DNA from: a virus
Virus record (IMG/VR): IMGVR_UViG_3300032030_000014
Span: 67,919-131,918 of that record
Strand: one strand, 5' to 3'
Length of the DNA: 64,000 nucleotides
Part shown: positions 1 to 9,866 of the stretch, piece after piece
How positions within the stretch are numbered: the first letter of the stretch is position 1
Layout of the letters: the number at the start of each line of letters is the position of its first letter
Made by a program: the position numbers and the translations under genes
The notes under the pieces: model-generated
What the model saw: the letters and a program-made list of their open reading frames with translations, nothing else
Database searches by the model: none
What the model was told of the DNA's origin: nothing

Positions 1-630
1 TATGGTAAGGGTTATACTCTTGCTATGCAGGAATATGATGAACAGTTCCGCAAGATTCTCCAAATGAATTATGGTCTTGTAATTATCTCCCATGATAAGG
101 ATAAGACTTTCAAGGATGAATCCGGTCAGGAGTATAATAAGATTGTTCCTACTCTGGACAATCGTGCCGCTCTGGTTTGCGAGCGCACCTGTGATATTAT
201 TGGATATGCTCGTGAAGTAAATACAGAGAATGGTCCTCAAACTCGCCTGTTCCTTCGTGGAACTCCTCGTTTTGAAGCTGGTTCTCGTTTCCGCTACACT
301 CCCGATTCCATTGAGTTTTCTTATGATGCTCTGGTAAATGCTATTGGCGATGCTGTTGAGAAGGAAGCCGCTCATGGAGCCAATCGTGTAACAGATCATA
401 GCCAGAGTGCAACTGTATATGCAGAAGAAACCACATATGATTTTGCGGCTATGATGGATGAGTTCCAAGCAATCGTTGGCGAACTTGTTAAGAAGCCCAA
501 TATGACAGCGAAGATTACCGCTATTGTAGACAAGCATCTCGGCAAGGGCAAGAAGGTTGCTGAATGCACCGCAGTTAATGCACCTCAACTTGATCTCATT
601 CTTTATGAACTGAGAGAATTGATTAAGTAA
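1..630 (+). CDS. AAA_24 / Sak4-like RecA-fold ATPase, C-terminal part (gene starts upstream of the window)
   Basis: ORF is open from nt 1 in the frame of the 25..630 ORF. The motif LVIISHDKDK...DESGQEY...PTLDNRAAL is typical of the phage AAA_24 (PF13479) C-terminal region. TAA stop at 628-630. Confidence 0.45.
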   Translation, partial: YGKGYTLAMQEYDEQFRKILQMNYGLVIISHDKDKTFKDESGQEYNKIVPTLDNRAALVCERTCDIIGYAREVNTENGPQTRLFLRGTPRFEAGSRFRYTPDSIEFSYDALVNAIGDAVEKEAAHGANRVTDHSQSATVYAEETTYDFAAMMDEFQAIVGELVKKPNMTAKITAIVDKHLGKGKKVAECTAVNAPQLDLILYELRELIK

Positions 631-640
631 ATATATAAAA

Positions 641-674
641 GCCTCGTAGATCCTCTGCGGGGCTTGACTTTTAT
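641..674 (+). terminator. putative rho-independent terminator after the ATPase gene
   Basis: Stem gcctcgtaga / tctgcggggc (10 bp including two G-U pairs), 3-nt loop, followed by ttgacttttat. Confidence 0.35.
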
Positions 675-692
675 ATAAAAATATGATATAAT
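664..692 (+). promoter_or_regulatory. sigma-A type promoter (TTGACT-17 nt-TATAAT) for the 726 operon
   Basis: Exact -35 at 664-669, a 17-nt spacer, TATAAT at 687-692. AGGAG ribosome-binding site at 711-717, ATG at 726. Confidence 0.5.
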
Positions 693-725
693 AAATATAT
701 AAAATGGTGAAAGGAGAATTAAAAA

Positions 726-1259
726 ATGGCACATTATGTAGTCTGCTCAATTTGTAAAGAGCGATTTGATAGAGATAAATATCCTGCTGTCCTTGTAAGT
801 TCGCGTCGATATGCACATGCGACTTGTGCCGGCACCCTTTCACAAGAAGATGAACAAAAAGAAAAAGACAGAAAAGCGTTAGAAAATTATATTATCAAAT
901 TATTTAATTTAGAGCATATGGATGGACGCATTACTTTACAAATATAGAAATATATGCAAGATCATCCTGAATATACATATTCTGGTATTAAAAGAACATT
1001 AGAATATTTTTATGAAATAAAGAAAAATTCATTGGAAAAGGCTAATGGTGGTATTGGCATTGTTCCGTGGGTTTATGAAGAAGCAAAAAGATATTTTTAT
1101 AATCAATGGTTATTAAGTCAAAAAAACGCTGAGAAAGATATTGAAATGTATATTCCAAAAGTAAGAGAAATTGTTATTCAACCACCAAAACGCCAACCAA
1201 AGAGAAGAAAAGTATTTACATTTTTAGACGAAGAGGAGGTCAAAGACTGTGGCAAATAA
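726..1259 (+). CDS. zinc-ribbon protein (CxxC...H..C), probably one 177-aa protein read through the TAG at 945-947
   Basis: ORFs 726..947 and 954..1259 share a frame and are separated only by a TAG. A strong ribosome-binding site precedes 726 but none precedes 954. If TAG were a stop these would be two small genes. Confidence 0.4.
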
Positions 1260-1299
1260 ATATGTTGATACAACAGCAATTATGTAGGTCATTGGAAAT

Positions 1300-2793
1300 G
1301 TGTTTAATAATCCACAGCTCTTAGACTTTACAGATAAATATACCGTAAATGACGAAGACTTTCCAGATCAGTTTCATAAAATTGCTTTTGGAGCCATTTA
1401 TAAACTACATGAGCTTGGCGTTCAAAAGATTACTCTAAATTCAATCGCAGACTTTCTTGCGGCGAGACCTAAAAGCGAGGCTATTTTCAAACAGCAAAAA
1501 GGCGAAGAATGGTTGTTGAAAGTAGCAGAGAATTGTACTCCCAATGCTTTTGATTATTATTACGATAGACTAAAAAAGTTTACACTTCTTAGAGCATATG
1601 ATGCTTATGGTATTAGCGTAAATGATATTTATGACCCCGACGATATTCTTGATACGAAGAAAAGACAGGCTCAAGAAGATAAATTAGATAATATGAGCCT
1701 AATTCAAATCGCAGATGAAATTGATAAAAAAGTTGAAGATTTGCGCCTGCGGTATGTTGATGAAGTAATTGACGAAGCACAGCAGGCTGGCGATGGAATT
1801 TTTGAATTAATTCAAGGATTTAAAGATAATCCAGAAGCAGGAGTTTCTTTGTATGGTCCGTTGGTAAACACGGTAACGCGAGGAGCAAGATTGAAGAAGT
1901 TTTATCTGCGGTCAGCCCCCACTGGCGTTGGAAAATCTCGTTCAATGGTAGCAGATGCCTGTTATATCGGTTGCAATAAAATGTATGATGAAATTTTCGG
2001 CTGGATAAAAACAGGCCCAGCCCAGCCAACGCTATATATCGCTACTGAACAGGATTTAAGCGAAATCCAGACAATGATGTTAGCTTTTATTTCTGATGTA
2101 AATGAAGAGCATATCATTGATGGTAAGTATGAGGGCGATGAAGAAGAGAGAGTGCTTGAAGCGGCAAAGATTATAAAAAATTCTCCGCTGTATGTAGAAC
2201 ATCTTCCTGATTTCTCCCTTCAAGATGTTGAAAATAAAATTAAACGAAATATTAGAGATCACGATGTAAAGTATATTTTCCACGACTATATTCATACTTC
2301 AATGAAAATTCTTGAAGAAATTACTCGCCGTAGTGGTGGAGTAAAACTTCGTGAAGATAATATTTTGTTTATGTTATCTAATAAAATTAAAGACCTTTGT
2401 AATCAATATGGTGTATTTATTATGTCGGCAACTTAGTTAAACGCAGATTATCAAACAAGTGAAACACCAGACCAAAATCTGCTTCGTGGTGCAAAAAGTA
2501 TTGCTGATAAAATTGATTTTGGTGCAATTATGTTACTTGTAAAAGACGATGATAAAAAAGGTCTTGAAAAAATTCTCTCTACTGGAACCTTTGAAACTCC
2601 GACAATTAAGATTTCAGTATATAAAAACCGTAGAGGCAGATATAAAGGGATTTACCTATGGTGCAAAGCGGATTTAGGCACATGCCGCATCAAGCCCATG
2701 TTTGCAACAGGTTGGGATTACGAACTTATCCCAATTGATGATACAAGAATTCATATAGCAAGTGCATTTCCAGATGATGAAGAAGAAGATTAA
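1300..2793 (+). CDS. dnaB: DnaB-family replicative DNA helicase with one in-frame TAG (2434-2436) at the conserved Gln of motif H4
   Basis: Walker A LRSAPTGVGKSR. ORFs 1300..2436 and 2530..2793 share a frame. The sequence through the TAG reads FIMSAT-Q-LNADYQ...LLRGAKSIADKIDFGAIMLLVKDDD, which aligns with E. coli DnaB ALSQLNRSLE...DLRESGSIEQDADLIMFIYRDE. The start is ambiguous: GTG at 1300 or in-frame ATG at 1282. Confidence 0.85.
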
Positions 2794-2805
2794 AGGAGTA
2801 TTACA

Positions 2806-3030
2806 ATGATTAGAAAGAATGAAAATTTTGGGACTTGTGTAATTACCACTGGCACTGGAACTGGCAAGGTTGGTGCTTGTGAGTATCAAATGCCGCAGTC
2901 TATGGCAACTGAATTACTCAAAGAACGTAAGGGCCAGGAAAAAAATATGCGACCACAAGAGTTTTTGGTAAAGTATGTTAATGAACAGTGTGGTCTGCTC
3001 TATAATTGCGTGAGGGTGACAACTATCTAA
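2806..3030 (+). CDS. hypothetical protein (74 aa)
   Basis: AGGAG ribosome-binding site before the ATG at 2806. TAA stop at 3028-3030 overlaps the primase ATG (TAATG). Confidence 0.5.
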   Translation: MIRKNENFGTCVITTGTGTGKVGACEYQMPQSMATELLKERKGQEKNMRPQEFLVKYVNEQCGLLYNCVRVTTI

Positions 3031-4136
3031 TGTTAGTCTTTGATAAACAAGAAATAAGAGATAGTTTATCAATAGATGACATATTTGACCTTCTGGAAGA
3101 ATGGGGCGGTGAGCCAGAGCGATGCCCGACTGGGCTCATCGCCCGAACTATATGTCATAATCGTTTAAATGATGATGCTTCTCGCAAACTATATTATTAT
3201 GAAAATACTGGATTATTTAGATGTTATACAGGTTGTGAAGACCCAGTATTTGATATATTTCAACTTTGTATAAAAGTTATGAATTTACAAAATAATGTAG
3301 TTTATGATTTAAATGATGCAGTTAGATGGATAGCCAGGAGATTTGGTATCTCTGGTAAAGAAGAAGATAGTCCAGAAGATGTTGGTTTAGAAGATTGGAA
3401 AATCTTAGCAAATTATTCTCGTATTCAAGATATTCAAATAGCAGCTCCGCATGTTGTGCTTGAAGAATATGATGATACAATTTTAACACGATTTAATTAT
3501 GATGTAAAAATAAAACCTTGGCTTGATGAAGGAATTTCAGAACAGGCTATTGAGCACGCAGAAATCGGATATTATCCAGGAGATGCACAAATTACAATTC
3601 CTCATTTTGACAAAAATGGTAGATTTATAGGACTGCGTGGGCGCACTCTGGTAGCAGAAGATGCGGAGAAATATGGTAAATATCGTCCTATGAAAATCAA
3701 TGGAATTATGTATAATCATCCTCTTGGATTAAATCTATACAATTTTAATAATGCTCGTTGTGTAATTCCCAAAATGAAAAAAGCTGTTGTATTTGAAGGC
3801 GAAAAAAGTGTTTTGAAAGCACAAACATATTTTGGTTTTGATAATGATATATATGTCGCTTGCTGCGGCAGCAGCTTATCTTCTTACCAAACACAACTGC
3901 TAATTGATGCTGGAGCACAAGAAATTGTTATTGCGTTTGACAGACAGTTTCAGAATGTTGGAGACGATGAATATTGTCATCTGTTGAGAAACTTAAAAAA
4001 AATACAAATGAAATATAAGAATTATGTTCAAATTTCATATATTTTGGATAGAAAAAAAATAACAGGATATAAAGATAGTCCAATAGATTGTGGAAAAGAA
4101 AAATTTTTGATATTATATAAAGAGAGGGTTCAATGA
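3030..4136 (+). CDS. dnaG: DnaG-like DNA primase (zinc-binding region plus TOPRIM)
   Basis: Cys/His zinc motif CPTGLIARTICHN..FRCYTGC. TOPRIM-like VVFEGEKSVLKAQ...CCGSS...DRQFQNVGDDE. No in-frame TAG. TGA stop at 4134-4136. Confidence 0.7.
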   Translation: MLVFDKQEIRDSLSIDDIFDLLEEWGGEPERCPTGLIARTICHNRLNDDASRKLYYYENTGLFRCYTGCEDPVFDIFQLCIKVMNLQNNVVYDLNDAVRWIARRFGISGKEEDSPEDVGLEDWKILANYSRIQDIQIAAPHVVLEEYDDTILTRFNYDVKIKPWLDEGISEQAIEHAEIGYYPGDAQITIPHFDKNGRFIGLRGRTLVAEDAEKYGKYRPMKINGIMYNHPLGLNLYNFNNARCVIPKMKKAVVFEGEKSVLKAQTYFGFDNDIYVACCGSSLSSYQTQLLIDAGAQEIVIAFDRQFQNVGDDEYCHLLRNLKKIQMKYKNYVQISYILDRKKITGYKDSPIDCGKEKFLILYKERVQ

Positions 4137-4423
4137 AAGGAATTGTTTGGTATTATACTAAAAGAGAAGTGGGATTAGCAAAACTGGAAAATATCATTGA
4201 AGAATATCGGCGTATGAGAATCAATACAATACATAGGACGATGGATTGCGTTGAATTTGACAATTAGGATATTTGGCAGATTTGTTCTGTTCAAGATCGA
4301 AGTAGAGGTCATGCTTGTAATATTAGTTTAATTGAACGTGGGACTCCAGAAGATCTTATTAATATAATTATAAAGCCATGTACTAAAGCTTTTCCTTATC
4401 GAGCCTTTAATTATTACACTTGA
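4133..4423 (+). CDS. hypothetical protein (~96 aa) not in the six-frame track because of one in-frame TAG
   Basis: Its ATG at 4133 overlaps the primase TGA (ATGA). Translation with TAG as Q at ~4265 is protein-like: MKGIVWYYTKREVGLAKLENIIEEYRRMRINTIHRTMDCVEFDN-Q-DIWQICSVQDRSRGHACNISLIERGTPEDLINIIIKPCTKAFPYRAFNYYT. TGA stop at 4421-4423. Confidence 0.35.
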
Positions 4424-4507
4424 AAGGTTGATAGTGATTAAAGTGATTATAAGAAAAGTTAAATTTATTGATAGGTAGTGATAGTGTGAAAGGAGGTTGA
4501 TTTTCTA

Positions 4508-6286
4508 ATGGAATTTCAACTATTAACACCCAGTGTCCCAATAGATAAAGATGCAACATTGGTAGACAAGGTGTTCGCAAACAGAGGGGTATTTCCCTTT
4601 GACATTTATCACTATCTACATACTACGAAAGGAGATATATTAGAACCTGAGCTACTCGACAATATTGATGCAGGAGCAAAAATGTTTGTATAGCACCTTG
4701 CCGCAGGTGATAAAATTTTTATACAAGTTGATAGCGACGTTGATGGTTATACATCGGCTGCTGCTTTAATCAATTATGCAAATATGATTGCCCCAGGGCA
4801 TGCTTAGTAGAATATCTCCTACCGCATCCACGATGGGAAAGAACATGGAATTATTTTAGATACAATACCAGAAGATGTAAAGTTAGTAATTGTTCCAGAT
4901 GCGGGAAGTAATGATTATGAGTAGCATCAAGCCTTATATGACAGGGGCGTTGATGTTCTTGTAATCGATCACCACGAAGCCGACCGAGTTTCATAGTATG
5001 CCTGTATTATCAATAATTAGTTAAGTAAAAAGTATTCAAATAAATCACTCTCTGGAGTTGGAATGGTTTATAAATTTTGTGAGTATATTGATAAGTTTTT
5101 AAATAAAAATTATGCAGACGAACTATTAGATTTGGTCGCTATCGGTATGGTTGCAGATATGATGGATTTACGAAATTTTGAAACAAAAGAATTAGTAAAT
5201 TTAGGCATGAACCTACGTCGTAATCCATTTCTTGTTAACCTTATCGAAGCGTAGAGTTATTCCTTAAAAGGAAAGGTTACACCTTTTGGAATTTCATTCT
5301 ACATCGCTCCACTTATCAATGCGACAATTCGCGTTGGTTCATTGGACGAAAAACTGCTCTTATTTGAATCAATGTTAGACTTTCGTGCTTACGAGCAAAT
5401 AGCTTCAACAAAGAGAGGCTGTAAAGGATAGCTTGAGACAAGAGTTGAGCAGGCTTGTAGAAATTGCAAAAATATAAAAAACAGACAAACTAAAGCAAGA
5501 GATACAAGCCTAGAAATAATTGATGAAATCATTGAGAGGGATAATTTATTGTCGCACCCCATTTTGATTATCAAATTGGATAATCCAGTAGATGAACATC
5601 TTACAGGATTGATTGCTAATCAAGTTATGGGATAGTATATGCGGCCAGTGATATTGTTAAATCAATGCGTTGATATTGATGAAGAGACTGGCGAAATTAC
5701 AAAAATCGCTTGGCGTGGATCTGGACGAAATGCGACATACTCCAATTTAGTGAATTTCCGAGAGTTCTTGGCTAATAGTGGTCTTGTGGAATATGCACAA
5801 GGTCATGCATCTGCTTTCGGCATTGGCATTTTAGATGAAAATTTAGAAGCATTTACAAAATATATTGATGAAGAATTAAAAGATTTTAGTTTTAGTAATT
5901 GTTATTATGTAGATTTTTGTTGGGTTGGTAATGAAGTAGTTCTTCATGCAAAAGATGTTTTTGAGATAGGAAAACTTGCGGATAATTGGGGACAAGGATT
6001 AGCTGAACCAAAAATCGCAATACAAAATCTTCAAATAGAGAGTTCTCGTATTTCTCTTTTATCACCCGATAAAAATCCTACATTAAAGATTACCCTCTCC
6101 AATGATTTGACTTTAATTAAATTTAGGTCAAGTCAAGAGGAATATGATAATTTATATTCTGAAACAGGTTGTGTAACATTAAATGCTGTTGGCACTTGTA
6201 ACCTCAATGAGTGGCAAGGCAAACTTAGTCCACAAATTGTTATAGAGGACTATGAAATTGTAAGCAAATCTAGTTATTATTTTTAA
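4508..6286 (+). CDS. recJ: RecJ-like DHH-family ssDNA exonuclease / phosphoesterase (~592 aa) with nine in-frame TAG codons
   Basis: ORFs 4508..4693, 5063..5254 and 5639..6286 are all in frame 2, and the intervening stretches read through TAG only. DHH motifs are present: DSDVDGYTSAA (DxD), LVIDHHEAD (DHH), SLSGVGMVYKF (GxGxA-like motif IV). Two consecutive TAGs at 4805-4810. AGGAGG ribosome-binding site at 4489-4494. TAA stop. Confidence 0.8.
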
Positions 6287-6329
6287 TACACAACTTTTGA
6301 CCTAATTGAAAAATTAGGAGGAAAGTTTT

Positions 6330-7094
6330 ATGAGAAAGAAAATTAGTATCTTAGTTATTATCTGCGTTTTAATGATGGCTTTTATTGGATGTAATACATC
6401 CGTTGATGCAAGTTCTCCATATATTCCCACAGAGGATTTAGATATTTTATATTTTTTTAATGATATAAATATTGAAATTGAAAATCTTTTGTATAGACAA
6501 AATTTAGCACATGAAATGGCTGAGTGCGCAAGGTCTTTAGGATATGCGGAAGACTGTGAAGTAATTCTTGCGGCAAAAACAGAATGGCACAAATGTGAAG
6601 AACAACTCCAAGCGAATATGGAATACATTTCTAGCTGGATTAAAAAATTTGAAGAATATCCATATGCGACTTATATTTGGTTATATTGTGTGAAAGAATT
6701 GGGTTATAGTAATGAAGTAACAGCGGGATTGTTAGGAAATATGATGGCTGAAGTTGGTGGTGGAACATTAGACCTCCAATATTGGCTTTACTCTTATGGA
6801 AGTGGATATTATTACGGGATATGTCAATGGAGTAAAGATACATATCCTGATGTAAGAGGACAAGATTTAATTTTCCAATGTGAATATTTGGCAAACACAA
6901 TTGAATATGAATTAGATACTTTTGGATATGCTTATCAATCTGGTTATAAGTATGCTAACTTTTTGGAACTAACTTCTGTTGAAGAAGCGGCTTTAATGTT
7001 CGCAAAATGTTATGAAAGATGTGCCAAAAGCACATATTCAGTAAGACAGAAGAATGCTGGAAAGGCATATGATTATTTTATGGGGTTATGCTAA
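6330..7094 (+). CDS. secreted lipoprotein with a phage-tail-lysozyme-like domain (PF18013-like)
   Basis: Signal peptide MRKKISILVIICVLMMAFIGC with a lipobox Cys. The core AGLLGNMMAEVGGGTLDLQYW...YGICQWSKD resembles the GNxxxESG...QW motif of the phage tail lysozyme family. AGGAGG ribosome-binding site. Confidence 0.55.
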   Translation: MRKKISILVIICVLMMAFIGCNTSVDASSPYIPTEDLDILYFFNDINIEIENLLYRQNLAHEMAECARSLGYAEDCEVILAAKTEWHKCEEQLQANMEYISSWIKKFEEYPYATYIWLYCVKELGYSNEVTAGLLGNMMAEVGGGTLDLQYWLYSYGSGYYYGICQWSKDTYPDVRGQDLIFQCEYLANTIEYELDTFGYAYQSGYKYANFLELTSVEEAALMFAKCYERCAKSTYSVRQKNAGKAYDYFMGLC

Positions 7095-7125
7095 GCATAA
7101 CCCCTTATTTTTATAGGAGTTTATA

Positions 7126-7620
7126 ATGATAGATAATATTAATTTAGAAATTCATGCGGATATGGCAGCAATTAAAGGAGGAAAGGGCAATCCTATTCTT
7201 TTTGAACTTCCAACCTCAGTTACTTATACATTAGACGATGCTAAAATAAATGAAGATATATTTTCCGCCTTATGTCAGAGTATGGCACAAGTTGGAACAT
7301 CTGCAAAAGATGTAGGAGAAGCATTACGGAAACTCTCTATTTGTTTATATGATAAAGATAAACAAGAATTTAAATCTACCAAGGATATTTTAGAAGAACT
7401 GGCTGATGAATGGAATGAAATTGGTTGTATTAATCCTGCTACACCAGAAGAAATTTCGCAGGCACTGGCTGGACCGGCAACGCCTGAAGCAACCGAAACC
7501 CCAAACCAAAATGCCGATTTCGATTTTTTGGAGCAAAATGCTTATAAAGAAGTTGAAAATATTTTTGATGGGGAACAGTTTGGGCAGATAGTCCCACTTG
7601 ACATACCTAAAAATTTATGA
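7126..7620 (+). CDS. hypothetical acidic protein (164 aa)
   Basis: Ribosome-binding site TAGGAG 10 nt upstream of the ATG. No TAG. TGA stop. Confidence 0.5.
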   Translation: MIDNINLEIHADMAAIKGGKGNPILFELPTSVTYTLDDAKINEDIFSALCQSMAQVGTSAKDVGEALRKLSICLYDKDKQEFKSTKDILEELADEWNEIGCINPATPEEISQALAGPATPEATETPNQNADFDFLEQNAYKEVENIFDGEQFGQIVPLDIPKNL

Positions 7621-7626
7621 TATAAT
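7598..7626 (+). promoter_or_regulatory. consensus sigma-A promoter TTGACA-17 nt-TATAAT
   Basis: Exact -35 at 7598-7603 and -10 at 7621-7626. It overlaps the last codons of the 7126 gene and sits upstream of the ATG at 7663. Confidence 0.5.
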
Positions 7627-7662
7627 ATTTATAAGAAATAAAAGTAGGGAGTTTTTTATTAT

Positions 7663-8016
7663 ATGGATCAATATGTAGCAACAAAATTGATACAAGAAGA
7701 ATGTGATTATGATGAAGATTTTAAAAAGCAAGTTGAATTGTTAGATCAATATGATTTTAGCGAATTTATAACAGATGGTAGAAGTTTATGGAACCTACGT
7801 GATGTTATTGAACAAAAATATGATAAACACTTTTGGGAAAAATATGGTGTTTATGTATTTGAAGATATGAGTGGTGAAGATACTTGCAATTATTTTGCCA
7901 GTAGATATAATGTATGGTTTCAAGAATATATGGATTGGGTGGTGAGACACGACCATGGAGCTAACGAAAAAACAAGAAGACGGACTGAAGATAGCATTAG
8001 AGAGATGGAAAAATAA
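7663..8016 (+). CDS. hypothetical protein (117 aa)
   Basis: ORF behind the promoter above. Its 3' end overlaps the helicase start by ~60 nt in another frame. Confidence 0.45.
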   Translation: MDQYVATKLIQEECDYDEDFKKQVELLDQYDFSEFITDGRSLWNLRDVIEQKYDKHFWEKYGVYVFEDMSGEDTCNYFASRYNVWFQEYMDWVVRHDHGANEKTRRRTEDSIREMEK

Positions 8017-9157
8017 AGAAAAATATACAGTAATTTCAGGATACGCAGGAACTGGTAAAAGTACGCTCATAAAATTTATTATTGCGGCTATGGGTCTCTA
8101 TCCCAATGAAGTACGATATGTAGCTTATACAGGCAAAGCCGCAAATGTTTTGAAAAACAAGGGATGTCCAGGAGCAACAACAGCTCATAAATTAGTTTAT
8201 CATGCAAAGATGATGCCAAACGGCAAATACGTTTTTACTCCTAAAAAAGTTTATGAAATGGAACGAGAAATCAAAGTTGTTGTAGTTGATGAAGTTTCAA
8301 TGTTACCGAAAAGAATGTGGGATCTCCTTTGTCAATATAATTTCTATATCCTTGCTTGCGGCGATCCCGAACAATTGCCTCCTGTGCCAGACGGAAAGGA
8401 AGACCCTGATAATCATGTCCTTGACAATCCTCATGTTTTTCTTGATGAAATTATGAGACAGGCACAAGAGAGTGAAATCATTCGTTTATCAATGCATATC
8501 AGAGAAGGCAAACCACTACTTACTTTCCCTGTTCAAAATGAACAGGTTATGATTTTTAACAAAAAAGATGTAACCACTTCGATGATGACTTGGGCAGATC
8601 AAGTGCTTTGTGCTACAAACCGCAATAAAGCCACCCTTAATCAGCAAATGCGGCAAGCCTATGGTTTCCTTCCAGAAATTCAAGTTGGCGATAAAATTAT
8701 CAATGTTCATAATGAATGGGAAATTTGTTCTACTAAAGAGAATCCTTTGACGAATGGGGTCATTGGTAAGATTACTCAATTAGAAACTCAAGACTGGGAG
8801 TATCCATATTGGCTAAGAAATGAAAAATTAGTAGTGCCAATTTTAGTTGCCACAATTACAGGTGACGAAGAGGGAGAAGAATTTCAAATGCTGCCTTTTG
8901 ATTATACAGAAATTTTGACAGGGCAGCCTTCTTTGAGTAGCAGAGAAGAATATACTATTCTAAAAAAGTTAGAAATGCAAACTCCTCTGCACGCACACTT
9001 TGGCTATGCTATTACAGTATGGAAGGCTCAAGGTAGCGAATGGAATAAAGTATTACTCTTCCAGGAAACAGGATGGCCTCGTCAGCCAGACGAACGCCGC
9101 AGATATATGTATACGGGTATTACTCGTGCGGTAGATAAATTAGTGGTGGTGTCATAA
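7955..9157 (+). CDS. SF1 DNA helicase, Dda/RecD/Pif1-like (AAA_30)
   Basis: Walker A GYAGTGKST, Walker B VVVDEVSM, motif III ILACGDPEQLPPV, C-terminal TVWKAQGSEW. No TAG. Confidence 0.8.
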   Translation: MELTKKQEDGLKIALERWKNKEKYTVISGYAGTGKSTLIKFIIAAMGLYPNEVRYVAYTGKAANVLKNKGCPGATTAHKLVYHAKMMPNGKYVFTPKKVYEMEREIKVVVVDEVSMLPKRMWDLLCQYNFYILACGDPEQLPPVPDGKEDPDNHVLDNPHVFLDEIMRQAQESEIIRLSMHIREGKPLLTFPVQNEQVMIFNKKDVTTSMMTWADQVLCATNRNKATLNQQMRQAYGFLPEIQVGDKIINVHNEWEICSTKENPLTNGVIGKITQLETQDWEYPYWLRNEKLVVPILVATITGDEEGEEFQMLPFDYTEILTGQPSLSSREEYTILKKLEMQTPLHAHFGYAITVWKAQGSEWNKVLLFQETGWPRQPDERRRYMYTGITRAVDKLVVVS

Positions 9158-9813
9158 TGGGATTATATACAAATAATGGCCTATTAAATGGCTATAAAAA
9201 GAATAATAAAGAAAGAGCCGAGTTGGATTATTATGCAACTCCAACCGCAGAAGTTGAAAACATTCTCAATGTTCTACAATATAATTTTTCTGATAAAATT
9301 ATATTAGAGCCTTGTATCGGCGGAGGACATATGCTTGATGGTATTATCAATTACATTGATAAAAACAATCAATCTCCAAAATCAATTATTGGAACAGAAT
9401 GGACTGATAGAGGATACCAAAACAATAGATGCAATATTGTTTATGGATTGGACTTTTTAGATGATGATTATCCCGCTAATAAAGCGGACGTAATTGTTAT
9501 GAATCCTCCATATGTAACTCTTGAGCCTTTTCTTATTCGCGCTCTTGAGATTGCCAAAAGAGATTTAATTGTGCTTTGTCGCACCCAGGTTCTCGAAGGC
9601 GCAAGCCGATATAAAAATATTTTTGCGAATAATCCTCCTGATGATATTTATCAATATATTGACAGAATCCAATGTTGGAAAAATGGCAAGAAGCCTAAAG
9701 AGTCATCTGCCCAAGCATATTGCTGGCTTGTGTGGAAAGATATAAATATCACCGGAACAGCTGTTCGTCCTAATATTACACCGCAGTTACATTGGATTCA
9801 TCGAGCAGATTGA
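9157..9813 (+). CDS. orphan N6-adenine (amino) DNA methyltransferase, NPPY class
   Basis: Motif I EPCIGGGHM and motif IV VIVMNPPY. Its ATG overlaps the helicase stop (TAATG). No TAG. Confidence 0.7.
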   Translation: MGLYTNNGLLNGYKKNNKERAELDYYATPTAEVENILNVLQYNFSDKIILEPCIGGGHMLDGIINYIDKNNQSPKSIIGTEWTDRGYQNNRCNIVYGLDFLDDDYPANKADVIVMNPPYVTLEPFLIRALEIAKRDLIVLCRTQVLEGASRYKNIFANNPPDDIYQYIDRIQCWKNGKKPKESSAQAYCWLVWKDINITGTAVRPNITPQLHWIHRAD

Positions 9814-9838
9814 TTTATATAAAAAAATATGTTATAAT
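9810..9838 (+). promoter_or_regulatory. sigma-A promoter TTGATT-17 nt-TATAAT upstream of the polymerase gene
   Basis: -35 at 9810-9815, 17-nt spacer, TATAAT at 9833-9838. GGAGG ribosome-binding site, then ATG at 9867. Confidence 0.5.
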
Positions 9839-9866
9839 ATAAGTATGATAAAAATGGAGGTTATTT

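Noticed and set aside
726-1259. Treating 726..947 and 954..1259 as two separate small genes
   Set aside because: Not excluded. They are in the same frame, separated only by TAG, and the second ATG has no ribosome-binding site while all neighbouring genes do. I favour one read-through gene at low confidence.
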